This document shows, in pieces, positions 1 through 8,834 of a stretch of 64,000 nt of DNA. The DNA comes from Thermodesulfobacteriota bacterium (GTDB taxonomy: Bacteria; Desulfobacterota; Desulfarculia; JACQYL01): positions 1,696,001 through 1,760,000 of the forward strand of contig CAXXLZ010000002.1 in assembly GCA_963675595.2 (NCBI GenBank). Direction: 5' to 3'. Made by a program: the position numbers and the translations under genes. Within the stretch, counting starts at the first letter, position 1. Every line of letters starts with the position of its first letter. The notes beneath the pieces were generated by a model. It had not been told where the DNA came from. It saw only the letters and a program-made list of their open reading frames with translations, and did no database searches.

Positions 1-2208
1 CGCCAGGTTGTTGTAAAGGTAATTCGCAGTATCGGCAAAGGCAGTGAAAACAAGGACTTTTCTGTTGCCGACATTGATGGGGTTTTCAATCTTGCTGAGA
101 ATCAGGGCCTTCAGGTGTTGCAGCTTGGCGTCGGCCTCGGGAGTGACTTTTGCCATGGACTCCAGCAAGACGTTAATGACTTCCAGATCAACCTTCAGGT
201 CATGTTCCCACGATGGAAGATCCATATCCGCAAGGTTGATTTTGACCTTACCGCCAATTTCGGCGTCACCCGTAACCGGGATATCGTCCTCCTCGGCTTC
301 GAGGTTTGCCAGGCTATCGGTCCAGTCGGAGACACTGCCAGCATCGCCTGCGACCCTGAATGAATTGATTTTGCTCAGGGTGCGGGTGTGGTTGTCGTGC
401 AGGCTTTTCAGGGTAAGCCGAAAAGCCTCGACCGAGCTTTCCAGTCGCTTGAGCAGATTGGTCGTCATCAATGCCTGCAGGCTTCGTTCGCGGTCTGCCT
501 GCTTCAGCTTCCCTTTGCCGCCTTCCACCTGCGTGTCGTACAAGTCTTCATATTTTTTGAGCCGACTGGGCAGGATGTAGCTGATCGGGGCATAGACGGC
601 GAGCTTGAGCAGCGAGAGCTGTTCAAAGATTTCGTTAAAGTTCATGACATCCGTGCGCCCGGTCAGTGGCGAATGGAATGACAGAGGTTTACGGCGCTCG
701 GGAAACTGGCCTATGTCACTGGTGTCGTAAAAGGTCTGGATGTGCTTACGCGAACGGGCAATGGTGACGCTGTCAAGCAGTTCAAAAAAGTCAAAATCAA
801 GGGAATCCAGAATAGCTCGCGCCGTGCGATCCTCCGGCGCCAATTTTGACCATTGGTTGAAAATCCTTTGGGCATTGCGGAAGATTTCTTCCACCGATCT
901 GCCCGTGCGCAGCTTCTTGCTGAGATTTTCGGAATCGCCTTCGTAAGCCAGTGCGAGTTGGTTGCGCAGATCATTGAAGCGGTTGTTGACCGGGGTGGCT
1001 GACAGCATCAGAACCTTGGTTTTAACGCCCTGGCGCACAACCTGATTCATCAGTTTCTGGTAACGGGTTTCCCGGTCTTTGACGGCATCGTTGTTGCGGA
1101 AATTATGCGATTCGTCGATAACGACGAGATCATAATTGCCCCAGTTAACGCGGTTCAGAGGAATGCCGAACGACTCGCCCGAGGTGCGGGAAAGGTCGGT
1201 GTGGCACAGAACGTCGTAATTGAAGCGATCCCTGGAGAAGATATTGGTCGTCAGGTTGCAGTTGTAGTTCAGCCAGTTGTCCGCGAGCTTCTTGGGGCAC
1301 AGAACAAGTACCGAACGGTTCCGCAGTTCGTAGTATTTTACAACGGCCAAAGCCGTGAATGTTTTACCAAGCCCAACGCTGTCGGCCAAGATGCAGCCGT
1401 TGTAGGTTTCCAGCTTGTTGATAATGCCTATGGCGGCATCACGCTGAAAGTTGAAAAGCTTGTTCCAGACCAGCGTATCCTGATAACCCGTGCGGTCGTT
1501 GGGCAGGACGTCTTCGTCGATATCATCGAGAAAATCACTAAAGATGTTGTAAAGCATCAGAAAGTAGATGCGTTCAGCTGAATTTTCCTGATAGACCGAT
1601 GCAATGTGGTCACAGATCGCCGCCGTAACATCTTCGAGTTTCTCGGGGTCGCTCCAGATCTGGTCAAAAAGCTGAAGGTATGTCGACGTAAAGGCCATCT
1701 CGTCTACCCGGTTGACGATGTTGGAAACGGCATCCCCCTGCTGATATCCCAAATCCACGGCGGTGAAACCATGTAAAGGCATATATGCCGCTTCCAGCGA
1801 AGGCCCCTGAATGCAGGCAAACTGCTGCATCGGAGATTTGGTTTTGTTGGAGCGGAATCTGGCTTTGCGGCGCATCCATTCGGCACACTCGCGGGCAATG
1901 GCGCGCTGGGTGAGTTTATTGCGAAGCTGGATTTCAAATTCGGAGCCGTAGAGGCTGCGTTCCCGGTTGGCCTTAGGGATGAAAAATTCTCGACGTTCTT
2001 TTCTGAGCTTGTCGGTGACTTCGTTGGGCACGAAGGTCGGTGCAGTGAAGATGAATTCCAACGACTCAATCTTTGCGAGCTCGGACTTTAGGGCCTCATA
2101 CGCATAAATCGAAAAGCACGATGCCGCGATCTTCAATTTGGCCTTGGGGTGGATGGAAGCCTTCAGATCGTCGCCCAGCAAAGAATTGATATTGTCGATG
2201 ATCTTCAT
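1..2208 (-). CDS. SNF2-family (DEAD/DEAH-box) helicase of the type found upstream of type III R-M loci; 3' part runs off the window
   Basis: Manual translation from ATG 2208: MKIIDNINSLLGDDLK...AASCFSIYAYEAL...; Walker A region ILADSVGLGKTF; motif II LVVIDESHNFRN. Missing from the ORF track, presumably because the stop lies outside the window. Confidence 0.9.
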   Translation of the reverse strand, partial: MKIIDNINSLLGDDLKASIHPKAKLKIAASCFSIYAYEALKSELAKIESLEFIFTAPTFVPNEVTDKLRKERREFFIPKANRERSLYGSEFEIQLRNKLTQRAIARECAEWMRRKARFRSNKTKSPMQQFACIQGPSLEAAYMPLHGFTAVDLGYQQGDAVSNIVNRVDEMAFTSTYLQLFDQIWSDPEKLEDVTAAICDHIASVYQENSAERIYFLMLYNIFSDFLDDIDEDVLPNDRTGYQDTLVWNKLFNFQRDAAIGIINKLETYNGCILADSVGLGKTFTALAVVKYYELRNRSVLVLCPKKLADNWLNYNCNLTTNIFSRDRFNYDVLCHTDLSRTSGESFGIPLNRVNWGNYDLVVIDESHNFRNNDAVKDRETRYQKLMNQVVRQGVKTKVLMLSATPVNNRFNDLRNQLALAYEGDSENLSKKLRTGRSVEEIFRNAQRIFNQWSKLAPEDRTARAILDSLDFDFFELLDSVTIARSRKHIQTFYDTSDIGQFPERRKPLSFHSPLTGRTDVMNFNEIFEQLSLLKLAVYAPISYILPSRLKKYEDLYDTQVEGGKGKLKQADRERSLQALMTTNLLKRLESSVEAFRLTLKSLHDNHTRTLSKINSFRVAGDAGSVSDWTDSLANLEAEEDDIPVTGDAEIGGKVKINLADMDLPSWEHDLKVDLEVINVLLESMAKVTPEADAKLQHLKALILSKIENPINVGNRKVLVFTAFADTANYLYNNLA

Positions 2209-2411
2209 CGACCACGGTCCTTTTTGCTGCTTTCAACCGTGCCGCCGGTCTTCACAGAATGGTTGATCTTGTTTTCTTCAACTTTCAAAGCAGGCCCATG
2301 CGATGGGCGGGCATCGCCTGCTTGTCCATCCACTTGTACACGCTGTCGTTGCAGAGCCGAGGTACTTCCGCGTTTCAGTTGTTGATGACCAACATACTGT
2401 TTTGTTTTCAT
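2205..2411 (-). pseudogene. Frameshifted excisionase-family (HTH_17-like) DNA-binding protein
   Basis: Pieces in three frames: WSSTTETRKYLG / NDSVYKWMDKQAMPAHRMGLL*KLKK / KINHSVKTGG, matching the W-LS..EI..YLGV..DTVYKWI....MPAHR.GRLWKFK...VD.WVK.GG pattern. Its stop overlaps the helicase ATG (ATGA). Confidence 0.7.
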
Positions 2412-2994
2412 TTTTTTGCTCCATAGATGCTGTGGTTGGCCACCACCGCCGAAGCCGAAACGGGAGAGATCGGGTGCACTTCTTCCCACGTCAAAGACGT
2501 CCTCAACGTACAAATGGATTACGTGGTACGTGCAAACGATTTGTATCGATTTCAGCCGATCATTGTCAATGACGCTCGATGCCGGACGCCGGTATCGAGC
2601 CGTGGGGCCCTTATCAATGCGCCGTATCCGGCAGGACCAGAATGGGATGACTGCACCCTCCACGGGAATGGCCCGGGGAGGCGTTTGATGGTCCTTGCCG
2701 AGTCGTCCTAAGAATTGTCATGTTGAGAAATCCTGGACCCGAGCCATGGATCTGGCCGTAATACAACGTCCAGACGACAGGCTCCGCAAAATATGCAAGA
2801 CGAACGTGCCAGAAAGCTCTGCCAAAACCGACAGAGGCTTGTTTCTTGGCCCCCTGTTCAGGACAGGATGTGAGAGGGAAGCAGGACAGAAAATACGTCA
2901 CAACGACGGCCCACCTTAGCTCACAGCGCTTGTTAGCGCATCATATTTCAGTCTGGATGGACGAATGCCTACCGAAAGAGATCGTATCTTCCGG

Positions 2995-4173
2995 TCAGTT
3001 GCTGTTCATCGCATCCTCTTTCATTTTTGAGAGCTTTCCAAGCTCTTTCTCAAGACCCTGAACGCTATTCAGCTCCAGCCGAACCTCCTCGTCGATCTGC
3101 ATTGCTCGCTGCAAGTATGGCCGGGCATCAAGAGGATAGGCGGACCTGCCGATAACTTCGGCTGCTGATCGGAGAGAAGCCTTGAACTCCTCCATCAAAG
3201 CGGCAATCCGTTGGCCGAGGGTTTCGACTGCTTGGTGAAGTCGGAGTGTTTCGCTTTCCAGTTCGATTTCCCTTTGCAGCCTTTCCTTTTCCTTGCCATG
3301 GGCTGTGCTCATCCGGTCTCTGAGTTGGGTGAGATGGTAGGCATCGGATCGTTTGAGGTCAGCGTTGGAGGACTCGAGCTGTTTCATGCGTTTTTCGATT
3401 TGGTGTTCCGAATCCGCGATGGAGACCAATCTGTCCGCGATCTTCTTCCTCGCGAAAGGCGTTACTCCTTCTGTTTCAAGAATCCTGAGGATCGATACGA
3501 TACGTTGGAGGATATCTTCTGAATCTCCCCGGCTTTTCTTGGAGAGCTTTCCCTGTTTCTTCGAGGACTTGATCTCCTGTTCCTCGAATTCGACATCCCG
3601 ATCAATCTGTTGGGTGAATTCAGGGTTTGCTTCAATCTTGGATGCGAGGGACGTGATCGAGGTTTTTGAGAAGATCGTGTGAAAGATCGAATAGAGGAGC
3701 TTTCCGGCAGCGAACACGAAGACGAAGAAAAGCGTGGTCCTGAGCCAGGGCGCCCTTTGGTGGACAAAGTCCATGATGGACGGCGACACTGCCTGGATGG
3801 AGAAATAGATCATAACGAACGCGAGGGACAAAGCCGTCGACGCATGGAAACCCAGGTGCCGGGCGAGTTGATACAGCACCAAGCCGACGATGAAGAGAAG
3901 GAAGAAGATTGCCATCGGGCCAAAGGAAGCGAGACTGAACCTGAGCCGTGATTCAGCGACAGATAATCCTACAGACAAGAGAAGCGATACGGCGACTGTG
4001 AGAAGGCTCCCGCCTTTGCCTGTGAAACGCTTGCCGAGAGTGACCTGGCTGACTCCAAGGAAGAAGAGAAAAGCGAGGACGAAATCGACTCCCACAGCGT
4101 AGCGGTCGTAGATGTACGGGATATCGAATATTGAAAGGAGTTCCCAGATTTCATCGAGTCCGCTGCCGGCCAT
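2995..4173 (-). CDS. Membrane protein, ~5 N-terminal TM helices plus long C-terminal coiled coil; function unknown
   Basis: 392-aa ORF; hydrophobic segments in aa ~25-165, E/K/R-rich helical C-terminal half. Confidence 0.8.
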   Translation of the reverse strand: MAGSGLDEIWELLSIFDIPYIYDRYAVGVDFVLAFLFFLGVSQVTLGKRFTGKGGSLLTVAVSLLLSVGLSVAESRLRFSLASFGPMAIFFLLFIVGLVLYQLARHLGFHASTALSLAFVMIYFSIQAVSPSIMDFVHQRAPWLRTTLFFVFVFAAGKLLYSIFHTIFSKTSITSLASKIEANPEFTQQIDRDVEFEEQEIKSSKKQGKLSKKSRGDSEDILQRIVSILRILETEGVTPFARKKIADRLVSIADSEHQIEKRMKQLESSNADLKRSDAYHLTQLRDRMSTAHGKEKERLQREIELESETLRLHQAVETLGQRIAALMEEFKASLRSAAEVIGRSAYPLDARPYLQRAMQIDEEVRLELNSVQGLEKELGKLSKMKEDAMNSN

Positions 4174-4229
4174 ACCGGATGATCGGGAAGCGCGGGTATA
4201 AATAGTTTTCGGATGTCGGTGGAGATGAC

Positions 4230-4256
4230 CACCGGGAAAGGGAGATAGGGTCTTCC
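4230..4256 (-). promoter_or_regulatory. Candidate regulatory motif, copy A (GGAAGACC-N10-TTCCCGGTG)
   Basis: Intergenic, in sense orientation, 57-83 bp upstream of ATG 4173; both boxes recur exactly at 9722-9750. Confidence 0.45.
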
Positions 4257-4271
4257 TATGATCAAGGCCTG

Positions 4272-4916
4272 CTATCGAGGAAACCGTGTCTCTCTTCTAG
4301 CGTTTTTCCAAGCAAGACAGGCGATGGTGAGGATGGCGGAAACGAGGGCCAAGCCTGTAAGCGTTCCTGCGATGGGGCCTATTTTGTCGGTCTTCATGAC
4401 GTTGTCATCGATCAGTTCGCGGTACCAGGCCGGGATTTGGACAGCGTAAGATTTCGATTTCAGTTCGCCGAAGCTGTCTGCGTAGCGGCTTTGGTAGGAG
4501 ATCGCATGCCGTCCGATTGAGAGGTTCGAAGCGCCGGTATCTCTCGGCCTTGATTGAACGGCGTTTACGAATTGTTCGGGGAAGACGAAGTGCGCATGCC
4601 AGAGTCCGTCCCGGTTCGTGAATCCCTGAAAGAATCGGTCGAGCTTGGAGCCTGTGAAATGGGACTTGGTTTTGATGCGGTCGTATTTGAGGACGAAGTC
4701 GTTGACTTCGGACTCGGAGAGGACTTCGACTCCGCCGAAGAGTTCGCTGATCTGGCGGATGCCGTCCCTTAGAGCGTTTGCTGGATTTGTCCCAATTCCT
4801 ACGATTTCAAAGCCGTCAGAAGCAATGCCCTGGCCACCAGCAAAGAAAACAATGATAAGTAGGACGGCGATTGATGAAGACAGGCGCATGGCACTCACCA
4901 GACAAAGACTTATCAT
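4272..4916 (-). CDS. Exported/membrane-anchored protein with LPP20/FlgT-N-like segment
   Basis: Signal-like N-terminus, motif GIGTNPANALRDGIRQ...GVEVLSESEVNDFVLKYDRIKTKS, C-terminal TM helix followed by a basic tail. Confidence 0.6.
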   Translation of the reverse strand: MISLCLVSAMRLSSSIAVLLIIVFFAGGQGIASDGFEIVGIGTNPANALRDGIRQISELFGGVEVLSESEVNDFVLKYDRIKTKSHFTGSKLDRFFQGFTNRDGLWHAHFVFPEQFVNAVQSRPRDTGASNLSIGRHAISYQSRYADSFGELKSKSYAVQIPAWYRELIDDNVMKTDKIGPIAGTLTGLALVSAILTIACLAWKNARRETRFPR

Positions 4917-4945
4917 ACAATAACTTATAGTTCACCTGACTAATT

Positions 4946-6381
4946 GGTAGTGTCCAGAATATTTCGCACTTTGTAGGAGTCGTCCCTCGCACGGTGGTTT
5001 GAGGAGGCAGCCCCGGGTTCCATACGCCGAGGCTGCCGGTCGATATCAGCAGGCGGCTTTGAGCCTTTCTTCCTGCTCGTTAAGACGATCCATATTCAAG
5101 TACGCCCGGGTGCCCCACCGGGTGCCGACTATGTGACGCAGTCGGGCTGAGACGAGCATGAGGGCGGATTGCCCGTCGGGAAAGCACCCTACCACCCGAG
5201 TCCTGCGACGGATTTCCCGCATGAGGCGTTCCATGGGATTATTGGTACGCAGGCTCCGCCAGTGTTCTCTGGGGAAGGCGTAGTACCTCAACGTTTCTTC
5301 CGCTCCATCCCGCACGAGACGGGCCGCCTTGGGAAGTTTCATGGTTTCGAGTTTTCGTGTCACGGACTCGACCTTTTCCAGGGCCGCTTGACGATCCTCT
5401 TGGGCGTGGATCGCCTTGAGCATCGCCGCCACTTCCTTCACCTTGCCTTTGGGAACCGCCGTGAATACGTTGCGATAGAAATGGACGGCGCACCGTTGCC
5501 AAAGAGCCTCGGGATAGAACTCCGCCAGGGACTCGATCAGGCCGAGGCATTTGTCGCTGATGATGAGTTCAACGCCCCACAGGCCCCGGCGCTTGAGATG
5601 CCGCAGGAAACGGCTCCAGCTTTCCTTGTCTTCCTTGGTCCCTTCCACAACGCCGAGAACTTCTCGAAACCCCTCGACGTTGACCCCGACGGCCACCAGT
5701 ACCGATACGTTGCGGACTTCCCCTCCCCAACTCCGTTTCAGCCACACCCCATCCAAGTACACGTAGGCGTACTTTCCCTCGATCGGCCGATCCAGCCAAT
5801 CCTGTATCCGCACATAGAGCTTCTTGTTGAGTTCACTCACCGTGGACGGACTGACCCGCGTTCCCCAAAGCGCTTCCGTGATGTCTTCCACGCGCCTCAC
5901 CGAAACTCCGGCCAAATACATTTCGATCAGCGCTTCCTCCACGGAAGACTCTCGTCTCCGGTATCGTTCGATAATCGCGGTTTCGAAAGTCAGGGTTCGC
6001 AACTTGGGTACCTTCAGCTCCACTTCTCCCGCCTTGGTATGCAAACTCCGCTTATAATGACCCGCCCTCGTGTCCTTACGGCCTTCCGTTCGTTCGTATC
6101 GATCCGCGCCGCACAACACCGCCGCTTCCGATTCCAGTAGGGCGTTCAGCGTTTCTTCCACCGTCCCCCGAACCACTTCGTCCAAATGCCGATGAAGAGC
6201 GGCTTCCTCAATCTTGATGATTTCTCCCTGTCCCCGGCCTTCACTTCCCGATCCACTCCTGTTATCTTCCATTCCGTAGCCCTCCTTCTCGGTCCTCGGT
6301 TCTAGTTCTTTCTCAAACCAAACCGTACCCGATCGAGGGCTACCCCTTCTACGAAATCTGCGAAATATTCCCTACCTTATC
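4946..6381 (-). mobile_element. IS256-family insertion sequence (1436 bp), 8-bp target duplication GACTAATT
   Basis: Imperfect terminal IRs share GAATATTTCGCA; GACTAATT at 4938-4945 and 6382-6389. Confidence 0.95.
5046..6272 (-). CDS. IS256-family (mutator) DDE transposase
   Basis: Motifs EMYLAGVSVRRV, YVYLDG, LIISD, WQRCAVHF, RTNNPMERL.REIRRRT. Confidence 0.97.
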   Translation of the reverse strand: MEDNRSGSGSEGRGQGEIIKIEEAALHRHLDEVVRGTVEETLNALLESEAAVLCGADRYERTEGRKDTRAGHYKRSLHTKAGEVELKVPKLRTLTFETAIIERYRRRESSVEEALIEMYLAGVSVRRVEDITEALWGTRVSPSTVSELNKKLYVRIQDWLDRPIEGKYAYVYLDGVWLKRSWGGEVRNVSVLVAVGVNVEGFREVLGVVEGTKEDKESWSRFLRHLKRRGLWGVELIISDKCLGLIESLAEFYPEALWQRCAVHFYRNVFTAVPKGKVKEVAAMLKAIHAQEDRQAALEKVESVTRKLETMKLPKAARLVRDGAEETLRYYAFPREHWRSLRTNNPMERLMREIRRRTRVVGCFPDGQSALMLVSARLRHIVGTRWGTRAYLNMDRLNEQEERLKAAC

Positions 6382-6579
6382 GACTAATTACAGCTTTTAT
6401 TATTTACAGTTTAAACAGATAGACCCTGGATATCAAGCAAAAGGCTTTGTACAACACCTGTATAGGCGGATATACATGGCGTTGTACTTTGAGTCCGTCG
6501 AGAAATATCGATAAAGCTTCAATGTGGTGTATGGAATTATGAAAATACATACTATTTGATATAGGGGAATCTTCCTAAA

Positions 6580-8205
6580 TCAGTGCTCATTCGATTTTAG
6601 CATATCGTAATTGTCAAAAAACAGCGCAAGTAAGCTCTTGTGGAGGTCGTTACATTTATTGTAATCTAAAGGTTTACTGAGGTCACATTGTAGGTAATTA
6701 TTGCAGAATTCCGTATTTCTGTCGAAATAACTAAAATGCTTCCGCATGACGCAATAAATGTATTTCGAGTACATAAATTGCTGTATGTAGCTCGCCCATC
6801 CCAAAAGCTTTTCCTGAGCTTCATTACGGTTCTTCCAGCCAACTATATCTCCACCTATGAATAGTGGGAGTGGAATCATATCAAGAGGAAAATACCCATT
6901 GATAAATTCGATCATATTCTTATCCTGATATCTCAGGAGCTGGATCGACATATCTATGAAAAAGCCGGTGTCAAAGAAAAAGTTAAATGATATATGAGTA
7001 TTTCTTTTGACTTGTTCCAAGAAGTCAATTGTGGCATCAATCGTTGTGGATACCTGTGGCCATCCGAGAATATCCGGTATATTATTTACAATATTAATTG
7101 TTTTGATTAATATATTATTGCATCTAAATCTATCCAATAATTTATCTATACTTAAAACCATTTGCAGGAAAAATAAGCATGGGCTTCCTATCAAGGCCAT
7201 TTCATGATCATACTGATCAAAACCATAAAATGGATTATCTTGAGTCGGAAATCTCAGTAGAAAAGAAGTTTCTTTTGTTGTGAGTCCACTCTGCATCATG
7301 GCTAAATAAAGAAAAGGCTTGAATAGTTTTTCTGTTATTTTTTCTAAGCTATCCTTGAAGTAATCGAGTCTATGGTTTTTGTCGAACTTACTTATATGCA
7401 AGTACAGCAATCGATTCAATAAATAATATGATGTATTCGAAACCCTAATTCTAAGCCTATCATTAAGCGAAGATATTATGTTGCTGGCTTCTTGTAATTC
7501 GCAATAATTAGCAAAAAGGTCGGCTTGGCTTCCTGCCATGGATGATAGTATCGTCTTTCCAAGAAAATGATTTAGGAATATGTTATTAGCCAGAGAGTGA
7601 GCATATGATTCAAAAACCTGTACAGACCCTATATTAAGTCTTTGTTCTTTCCCATCATAGTCTTGCAATATCACCGTTGGAGTATCATAGCCATACCGGC
7701 CGATTTGATGGTGCTCTATTTCCAAAGACCAGTCGGTGATCCGGTCCAGTTGAAGGTTAACAGGCCAAACATCGGTACCTGAGAGCTTTTCCAAGACTTG
7801 GCCCACTTTGTAAGCGTTCCATAGAATATGGTCGAAGTTGGTGCCGTATTTGTTGCGATAGCCGCGCACATCTTCGGCCGTAAGCGGACTGTGTTCATAA
7901 CCTCTGTATCGGTTCAGGTGGTGCGTAAAGGGCAAAATAATCGGCTGTCCCTCCTCAGCCATGGATCGGACCCTGAGATTCAGCGGTATCAAAGCGTGAA
8001 ATTTGAAAAGGGTAGTGAGTATTCCGTGCGTCGTGCCGAGAGAGTGGATGTAGTGGACGAATTCGTGGAAGAGATTGTGCGTCAGATCTACGTGGTTTTG
8101 TGAAAGCGGAGAATCAACATCCGGATCGTACGAAAGAGGTTTCCCGGTAAAGACGCAGAGGCTGAGTAAGTCGAAAACACTGCGGTTACTTCGAAGGCTC
8201 ATCAC
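6580..8205 (-). CDS. Putative zinc metallopeptidase (HEXXH, gluzincin-like), soluble, 541 aa
   Basis: LFHEFVHYIHSLGTTHG near the N-terminus; downstream IGSVQVFESYAH supplies a candidate third Glu ligand; GGAGG RBS; no TM or signal peptide apparent. Confidence 0.65.
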   Translation of the reverse strand: MMSLRSNRSVFDLLSLCVFTGKPLSYDPDVDSPLSQNHVDLTHNLFHEFVHYIHSLGTTHGILTTLFKFHALIPLNLRVRSMAEEGQPIILPFTHHLNRYRGYEHSPLTAEDVRGYRNKYGTNFDHILWNAYKVGQVLEKLSGTDVWPVNLQLDRITDWSLEIEHHQIGRYGYDTPTVILQDYDGKEQRLNIGSVQVFESYAHSLANNIFLNHFLGKTILSSMAGSQADLFANYCELQEASNIISSLNDRLRIRVSNTSYYLLNRLLYLHISKFDKNHRLDYFKDSLEKITEKLFKPFLYLAMMQSGLTTKETSFLLRFPTQDNPFYGFDQYDHEMALIGSPCLFFLQMVLSIDKLLDRFRCNNILIKTINIVNNIPDILGWPQVSTTIDATIDFLEQVKRNTHISFNFFFDTGFFIDMSIQLLRYQDKNMIEFINGYFPLDMIPLPLFIGGDIVGWKNRNEAQEKLLGWASYIQQFMYSKYIYCVMRKHFSYFDRNTEFCNNYLQCDLSKPLDYNKCNDLHKSLLALFFDNYDMLKSNEH

Positions 8206-8252
8206 GAACCTCCAAACCGACTTTGAGGTTACGCTTTTCTTGGACTGCGGTA

Positions 8253-8834
8253 TTAGGCGATGCCTTTGGATTTTTTCCTGAGGACGTAGATAACCTCCTC
8301 ATTCCCGAGCAGCAATTCGATCTGTAAATCTCCCACTTCCCAGTTGCCCAATTCCGTGAGATCATCTCCTTCCAAATCGGGACTATGAAGGACAGTACCT
8401 CCGTACGAACCTTGGCGGCCGGCTTGGTCAAGCAATTTCGGGATGTCCAGAAGTTTTTCGAAAAGAACCGCTCCGTCTGCGGATTCGATTACAAATCGTG
8501 AGGAGGTAGGGGTCGAAAGCGTTCCGACGAATTCCGTGACGTTGGACAGGTCAATTTCTTCCATTTGAGAAGCGAAGTTAACTACATATACGCTTTCCTT
8601 GTTTATCGAAGCGCTTTCTGGCGTGGCTCCCTGCAATTCTTCTCGCATGCTCGGAATGACCCGTCTAAGCAATTTGTCTATCCCTCTGAAGTTCTCTTCC
8701 TCCTGTTCGATAGTCATAGCAAGCTCAGAGCATTCGTTGCATTCAAGAAGATGGATAGCCATCTCGTCATCCATTTCCGTTCCATCGAGGATGGATTCCA
8801 ATATCTTTTCTCTCATCACATCGTGAGTCGTCAA
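8253..8834 (-). CDS. Soluble zinc-binding anti-sigma factor (zf-HC2/ZAS)
   Basis: HxxxCxxC motif HLLECNEC near the N-terminus; TTG start with GGGAGG RBS overlaps the sigma stop (TTGA); acidic C-terminal domain, no TM. Confidence 0.75.
   Translation of the reverse strand: MTTHDVMREKILESILDGTEMDDEMAIHLLECNECSELAMTIEQEEENFRGIDKLLRRVIPSMREELQGATPESASINKESVYVVNFASQMEEIDLSNVTEFVGTLSTPTSSRFVIESADGAVLFEKLLDIPKLLDQAGRQGSYGGTVLHSPDLEGDDLTELGNWEVGDLQIELLLGNEEVIYVLRKKSKGIA

Noticed and set aside
2794-2811. Sigma-54-like TGGCACG...TTGCA on the minus strand
   Set aside because: Spacing is GG-N12-GC rather than the required N10.
2416-2919. Short ORFs between the HTH pseudogene and the membrane gene
   Set aside because: Overlapping short frames on both strands without a convincing RBS or motif; treated as non-coding or decayed DNA.
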